From Candidatus Bathyarchaeota archaeon (GTDB taxonomy: Archaea > Thermoproteota > Bathyarchaeia > Bathyarchaeales > Bathycorpusculaceae): a stretch of DNA of 64,000 nt. This document shows, in pieces, positions 59,886-64,000 of this stretch; the stretch's first letter is position 1; each line of letters opens with the position of its first letter. The notes below the pieces were generated by a model. That model was not told the DNA's origin. It saw nothing but the letters and a program-made list of their open reading frames with translations, and made no database searches. The position numbers and the translations under genes were made by a program. The stretch spans positions 64,001 through 128,000 of the forward strand of contig CAVTBV010000001.1 of assembly GCA_963733095.1 (NCBI GenBank), read 5' to 3'.

Positions 59886-60506
59886 GTGACAAACATGGGC
59901 AAAAAAGGCATCTTCATCATTATAGAAGGCTTAGACGGAAGCGGCAAAACCACCCAGGCAACTTTGCTCGCACAAAAACTCTCTAAAAGCTTCAATGTTG
60001 TGTTGACCGCTGAGCCTAGCCGAGGCAAAATCGGCACTTTCATCCGCGAAGGCTGCCTATACGAAGACAAACGTTTGCCCACGGAAGCCGAAGCCCTGCT
60101 TTTCGCCGCCGACCGCATCGAACATATGTACAGCGAGGTAAAGCCGGCTTTAGATGAGGGCAAACTGGTAATATGTGACCGCTACATCTACTCGTCCTTA
60201 GCCTATCAGGGAAGCGCAGGCCTGAGTTTAGAGTGGATAAAAACCATCAATGCTCGCGCATTTCAGCCGGATTTCAGCATTTTCATCGATGTTGCGCCTG
60301 AGCGGGTGATTGAGCGTTTGCAGAGAAAGAAGTCTGTTATGGAGACTTTGGAGACGCAGCAGAAGGTTAGGCAGGTTTACATCAAGTATGTGGAGAAGGG
60401 TGAACTCGTCAGAATTAACGGTGACAGAGCCAAGGAAATTGTGGCTGACGATCTACATGTCAAGGTTTTGGGTTTGCTTAAGAAATGTCAGGATTTTGCT
60501 GTTTAA
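59886..60506 (+). CDS. tmk: thymidylate kinase
   Basis: EGLDGSGKTT, EALLFAADR, CDRYIYSSLAYQG. Confidence 0.95.
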   Translation: MTNMGKKGIFIIIEGLDGSGKTTQATLLAQKLSKSFNVVLTAEPSRGKIGTFIREGCLYEDKRLPTEAEALLFAADRIEHMYSEVKPALDEGKLVICDRYIYSSLAYQGSAGLSLEWIKTINARAFQPDFSIFIDVAPERVIERLQRKKSVMETLETQQKVRQVYIKYVEKGELVRINGDRAKEIVADDLHVKVLGLLKKCQDFAV

Positions 60507-60552
60507 CTGCTAGTTTTTAACATGCTAATGGCTTCGGAAGCCGCCAATACTG

Positions 60553-60628
60553 ACCTCCCCCTTAGAGAAAACGGTGGCACCTCCCCCCTCTATCGTTTCT
60601 GCAATGTACCACTATTAGGATCCTAATA
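60553..60628 (+). repeat. dispersed intergenic repeat, copy C (best conserved)
   Basis: CCCCCTTAGAG...CCCCCCTCTATCGTTTCTGCAATGTACCAC followed by the perfect 16-bp palindrome TATTAGGATCCTAATA (60613-60628). Confidence 0.85.
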
Positions 60629-60672
60629 TGAATAAAAAAATTAGATTAAAAAATAAAGAAAGCGTTGAGTGG

Positions 60673-61803
60673 TTAGTCTTCTCTCCACTTGAACAGTTTC
60701 ACTGCCAAGACGAAGATAACCAATGTTATAATCCCCAGGACGGCAATGTCGACTATTATACCGCCTATGTTTCCGTAGACCATGGCGTTGTTTAAGCCTT
60801 CTGTAACGTAGAATAGCGGCAGGACATGAGCAAATGTCTGGAGGTATTGTGGCATGCTGCTTATGGGGAAGAAGGTGCCTGCGAGGAACATCATGGGGAA
60901 CGTTACGATGTTGCCTATGACTCCTGCGGTCTCAGGGTTCTTTGTTACTGTGCCAACCAGCATACCGAGCGATGCAAACAGCATTGGACCTAAGACTAGG
61001 AAGGGTATTAGCCAAGGCGTTATCGCCACGTGTGCGCCAAAAGCGAAGACTCCAACTCCAACCATCAGTAGAAAGCCAGCGATGGTTAAGACAATGTACC
61101 AAATCATCTTAGAGATTAGCCACTCCATCTTTGTCAGCGGTGTAAGTGAGAGTTGTTTGAACAGCTTTGTTTTCTTGTACTCGGAGGAAATGTTGACTAG
61201 TGAGAACATTGGGCTGGTAAGTATTGAGAAGCCGATTAAGCCTGGAATCAAGAAGTCAATGTACTTTGTTTGTTGAGTATTCACGGTCGCAGAGGTTATA
61301 CCTATGATTGCTGGAGTGGTGTCATTGTATTTTGTTTGGAAGTAGTTTAGATTAAAGTAGTTAGCGTACCCACCCACTGTTCCACCAACGATGCCGCTGG
61401 TGCTTGAGGTTGGATTACCGTAGACTGTCAAGTTTAATTGATGACCTGTAATATAGTTTACAGTGAAATTAGAGGGAATTATAATTCCATCTGAAGCTGA
61501 ATGATCTGCCAAGTACTTTGTGAAGTTCTTTGAAGGATCCACCGTTATTACTGTGATTGTGCTGGATTGGTTGAGTGCTATAAGGAAGCCTGTGCCGAGG
61601 TCTTGCCCAGTTGGGAATGGTCCGGTGTCTAGGTTTTGAGCGTAGACATTTACTTTTCCTGCGCTTCCTCCTGCAAAGATTGCGCCGAAAATCAAAATCA
61701 AGATTACTGGAAAGACTAATCCGAAGAATAATCCGAACTTGTTTCTGAGGTATCCGCGGCTGAAGACTTTGAAGTCGGAGTATATGCGTTTTCCACTGAT
61801 CAA
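60673..61803 (-). CDS. ABC-2 exporter permease
   Basis: YIDFLIPG, FPMMFLAGTFFP, LPLFY, FKW. Confidence 0.9.
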   Translation of the reverse strand: MISGKRIYSDFKVFSRGYLRNKFGLFFGLVFPVILILIFGAIFAGGSAGKVNVYAQNLDTGPFPTGQDLGTGFLIALNQSSTITVITVDPSKNFTKYLADHSASDGIIIPSNFTVNYITGHQLNLTVYGNPTSSTSGIVGGTVGGYANYFNLNYFQTKYNDTTPAIIGITSATVNTQQTKYIDFLIPGLIGFSILTSPMFSLVNISSEYKKTKLFKQLSLTPLTKMEWLISKMIWYIVLTIAGFLLMVGVGVFAFGAHVAITPWLIPFLVLGPMLFASLGMLVGTVTKNPETAGVIGNIVTFPMMFLAGTFFPISSMPQYLQTFAHVLPLFYVTEGLNNAMVYGNIGGIIVDIAVLGIITLVIFVLAVKLFKWRED

Positions 61804-61805
61804 AC

Positions 61806-62771
61806 TTAGCCGCTCCGATTTTTGCCAGCTTTTCCTTCCACCGCTGCTTCTCCTTGCTCGCCGATGGGTTCGTTGACTAGCTTAACAAACACGTCATCTA
61901 AACTATCTTGGCGTGTCTGAATGTCGCCCCAATCCATTCCTGATTGCTCAGCTGCCGCAAGTGCTGCGAGAGCATCAATTTTCTTTTTCAGCGGTATGGT
62001 GATTTCGCCTTTAACTTTGTCATAGTCAACTTGCAATTCAGTATTTGATTTGATGTAATCGGCGAGTTTTTCGCTTCCGTGAATATCCAGTCGTTCGCCT
62101 GAGCCATGTTGTTGGATGATTTCTTCGGTAGTTCCCATGGCAACTATTTTTCCATGGTCCATGATGGCTACTCTGTCCGAGAGTTGCTGTGCCTCGTCGA
62201 GGTAATGGGTGGTTAAGATGATTGTTTTGCCCTTGGCTTTTAAGCTGCGTATGACTTCCCAGATGGCGCGTCTTGCGTTGGGGTCTAAACCTGTGGTTGG
62301 TTCGTCTAAGAAGAGTAGTTCAGGCGAGTTAACTAATGAAAGAGCAAGCCCTGTCTTCTGTTTCTGTCCGCCTGAAAGGCTGTCGAAGTTTACTTTGGCG
62401 GATTCCTCTAGCAGAACTTCTTTTAGGATATCGTCTGGGTTAACTTTTATGTCGAATAGGTCAGCGTAGTAAATGATGGCTTCTCTTGGGGTGGTTTTTT
62501 CAAAGAACGTGAATTCCTGTGGGATAACTCCGATTTTTTTGTGGAGTTCATACCCTTTTTTCCATGGGTCAAAGCCGAGAACTTTTACGTCGCCTCCGTC
62601 TCGCTCACGCAAGCCCTCCATGATTTCAATGGTGGTGGTTTTGCCTGCGCCGTTAGGCCCCAGAAGTCCAAAGACTTCACCCTCGTTTACTGTAAAGGAG
62701 ATTCCGTCCACGGCTTTTAAATCTCCATAGTGCTTTTTTAAGCCTGAAACTTCAATCGGTAACATACTCAA
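61806..62771 (-). CDS. ABC exporter ATPase
   Basis: GPNGAGKTT, LSGGQKQ, LDEPTTGLD, TTHYLDEA. Confidence 0.92.
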   Translation of the reverse strand: MSMLPIEVSGLKKHYGDLKAVDGISFTVNEGEVFGLLGPNGAGKTTTIEIMEGLRERDGGDVKVLGFDPWKKGYELHKKIGVIPQEFTFFEKTTPREAIIYYADLFDIKVNPDDILKEVLLEESAKVNFDSLSGGQKQKTGLALSLVNSPELLFLDEPTTGLDPNARRAIWEVIRSLKAKGKTIILTTHYLDEAQQLSDRVAIMDHGKIVAMGTTEEIIQQHGSGERLDIHGSEKLADYIKSNTELQVDYDKVKGEITIPLKKKIDALAALAAAEQSGMDWGDIQTRQDSLDDVFVKLVNEPIGEQGEAAVEGKAGKNRSG

Positions 62772-62881
62772 TTAGCTCCTTTGAAGATGTAAATTACTGC
62801 CCTTCCAATGTTAGAGTATGCCCAAAATATAACTTTCGGATATACTTTATCGATAAAATCAGCTTTGTTGAACTTTGGAAA

Positions 62882-63397
62882 CTAAATGCTTGCTTTCCTG
62901 AGAATTTTCCTGCTCCCACTCGAAGACTCATTTACCTTAGTGAAAATAACTGTTGTCAACTCTTCAGGTGAAATGTATCGTGGCCCTCGTTCATGGAACA
63001 TTTGAACCTCAAGCATATCCTTACTAAAGACGGTTCTAAGCATGTAATAATCAAACTTTAAAGCCGTTCTATTTTCGCCTGTGCCCTTGTAGTAGCGTAT
63101 GGAACAGAAAAAATCCATCGAAATCAACCGCTCCTTTGCCAGAAGACTTGTTGCTTTGTTGAGTTCCTCTTTATCGATAAAGTTAAAACCGTCAGCTTCT
63201 GCCAAGCCAAACTCAAAAATCACCCTCCCCTGTGGCACAGTGGGGTTGGTGACTTCTTCAAAACTAAATTCCTTGTAGTTCAAGTCATAGAACACTTTGA
63301 GGAGTTTTTGCTGGAGTTGCTTGATTGAAACCGAAGAATTGAAACTATCGATTCTATGGATGTTTGTGGGGAAATTTTCGTAAAGGCCCAGAGTCAA
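62882..63397 (-). CDS. conserved hypothetical protein
   Basis: co-oriented with neighbours; FEFGLAE, LKFDYY, HERGP. Confidence 0.7.
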   Translation of the reverse strand: MTLGLYENFPTNIHRIDSFNSSVSIKQLQQKLLKVFYDLNYKEFSFEEVTNPTVPQGRVIFEFGLAEADGFNFIDKEELNKATSLLAKERLISMDFFCSIRYYKGTGENRTALKFDYYMLRTVFSKDMLEVQMFHERGPRYISPEELTTVIFTKVNESSSGSRKILRKASI

Positions 63398-63408
63398 GTT
63401 GGCTCGGC

Positions 63409-63786
63409 TCAGGGCTTCATTTTTTTAATTTTTTCAACACTGTTCAGCAGTTGGTCGAGTGCAATGGTCAGTTTCTGCAGCTCATCCATGTCCTCGGTTT
63501 TTTCAATCTTGCCTTGAATTTCCTGTATCTTCGCCATCAATGTAGCTTCAAGCTTGTCATAGGCTGTGGTGGGTGCTGCAGCTTGTTTGGGTGGTTCTTC
63601 GCCTTCCTTTAAGACTATCACTTTTTTTTCGTCTTTGGCGCACCAGAGTGTTCCGTCTTTTAATCTGAAGAGTGGAGATGAGCAAACTGGGCATGAGAGG
63701 TCAGTTAAGGTGGCGCCTTGTAGTAGTAGGTTGGCTCCTCGTTTAACAAGTGTGTTATCTGTTCTTGGTTGCATGTAGAACCCCAA
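63409..63786 (-). CDS. UPF0148 / autoantigen p27-like Zn-ribbon protein
   Basis: LLLQGATLTDLSCPVCSSPLF...WC. Confidence 0.85.
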   Translation of the reverse strand: MGFYMQPRTDNTLVKRGANLLLQGATLTDLSCPVCSSPLFRLKDGTLWCAKDEKKVIVLKEGEEPPKQAAAPTTAYDKLEATLMAKIQEIQGKIEKTEDMDELQKLTIALDQLLNSVEKIKKMKP

Positions 63787-63851
63787 AGTAAATACGTGTC
63801 AATACTTATATAACTTGGTCACTGCCATGGTGCATTAAAGGGGAACTGTTT

Positions 63852-64000
63852 ATGGTGCGGAAGAAAAAATCTGAAGAATACGAAGCCAAGATTCAGCAAG
63901 CATTAGTTGTGCTCGGCGAAGTCTCCGAAGACAGCACAACGCCAAGAAACATCCGTCGTTCTGCAAAAGATGCCATGAGTGCCCTGCAAAGTGCCGAATA
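63852..64000 (+). CDS. UPF0147 family protein (partial, runs off the window)
   Basis: MVRKKKSEEY...EDSTTPRNIRRSAKDA. Confidence 0.85.
   Translation, partial: MVRKKKSEEYEAKIQQALVVLGEVSEDSTTPRNIRRSAKDAMSALQSAE

Noticed and set aside
60613-60628. Palindrome as a Xer/dif site or intrinsic terminator
   Set aside because: It lacks the central spacer of dif sites, occurs in several copies and has no loop or U-tract; kept as part of the dispersed element instead
1-64000. Genome-wide TAG recoding (pyrrolysine)
   Set aside because: TAG ends core genes at expected positions (pyrE, PIN directly before the rpo7 ATG, mgtE, MFS), and no pyl genes are seen
1-64000. CRISPR array, rRNA, transposase or integrase
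   Set aside because: No regularly spaced repeats, rRNA-like stretch or recombinase motifs were found

Overview
Archaeal chromosomal window, most likely Bathyarchaeia. This is inferred from Orc1/Cdc6 plus the PolD small subunit, archaeal r-proteins, aIF2-gamma, Fae-Hps and two large PQQ-like beta-propeller surface proteins. It starts at cdc6 with a mini-ORB-like box, so it may lie next to an origin. It holds about 55 mostly housekeeping genes, two tRNAs (intron-containing Ser-CGA; Glu-UUC with atypical positions) and three broken genes. A 13.3-kb island without an integrase sits at tRNA-Ser, bounded by a 21-bp direct repeat. It carries a corrinoid uptake/chelation/remodelling cluster with a phased operator and scars of a second, deleted homologous cluster. 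The strongest unexplained signals are five. (1) A same-orientation dispersed intergenic element, CCCTCTATCGTTTCTGCA followed by the palindrome TATTAGGATCCTAATA. (2) A structured, switch-like leader upstream of an MgtE/RCK_C operon. (3) Sensor or HTH domains fused to metabolic enzymes (V4R-like-AhbD-like; HTH-Fae-Hps). (4) A small membrane protein resembling eukaryotic DPM2/PIG-P. (5) A split kinase/PHP/P-loop trio. All family calls come from motif recognition by eye; no database searches were run.
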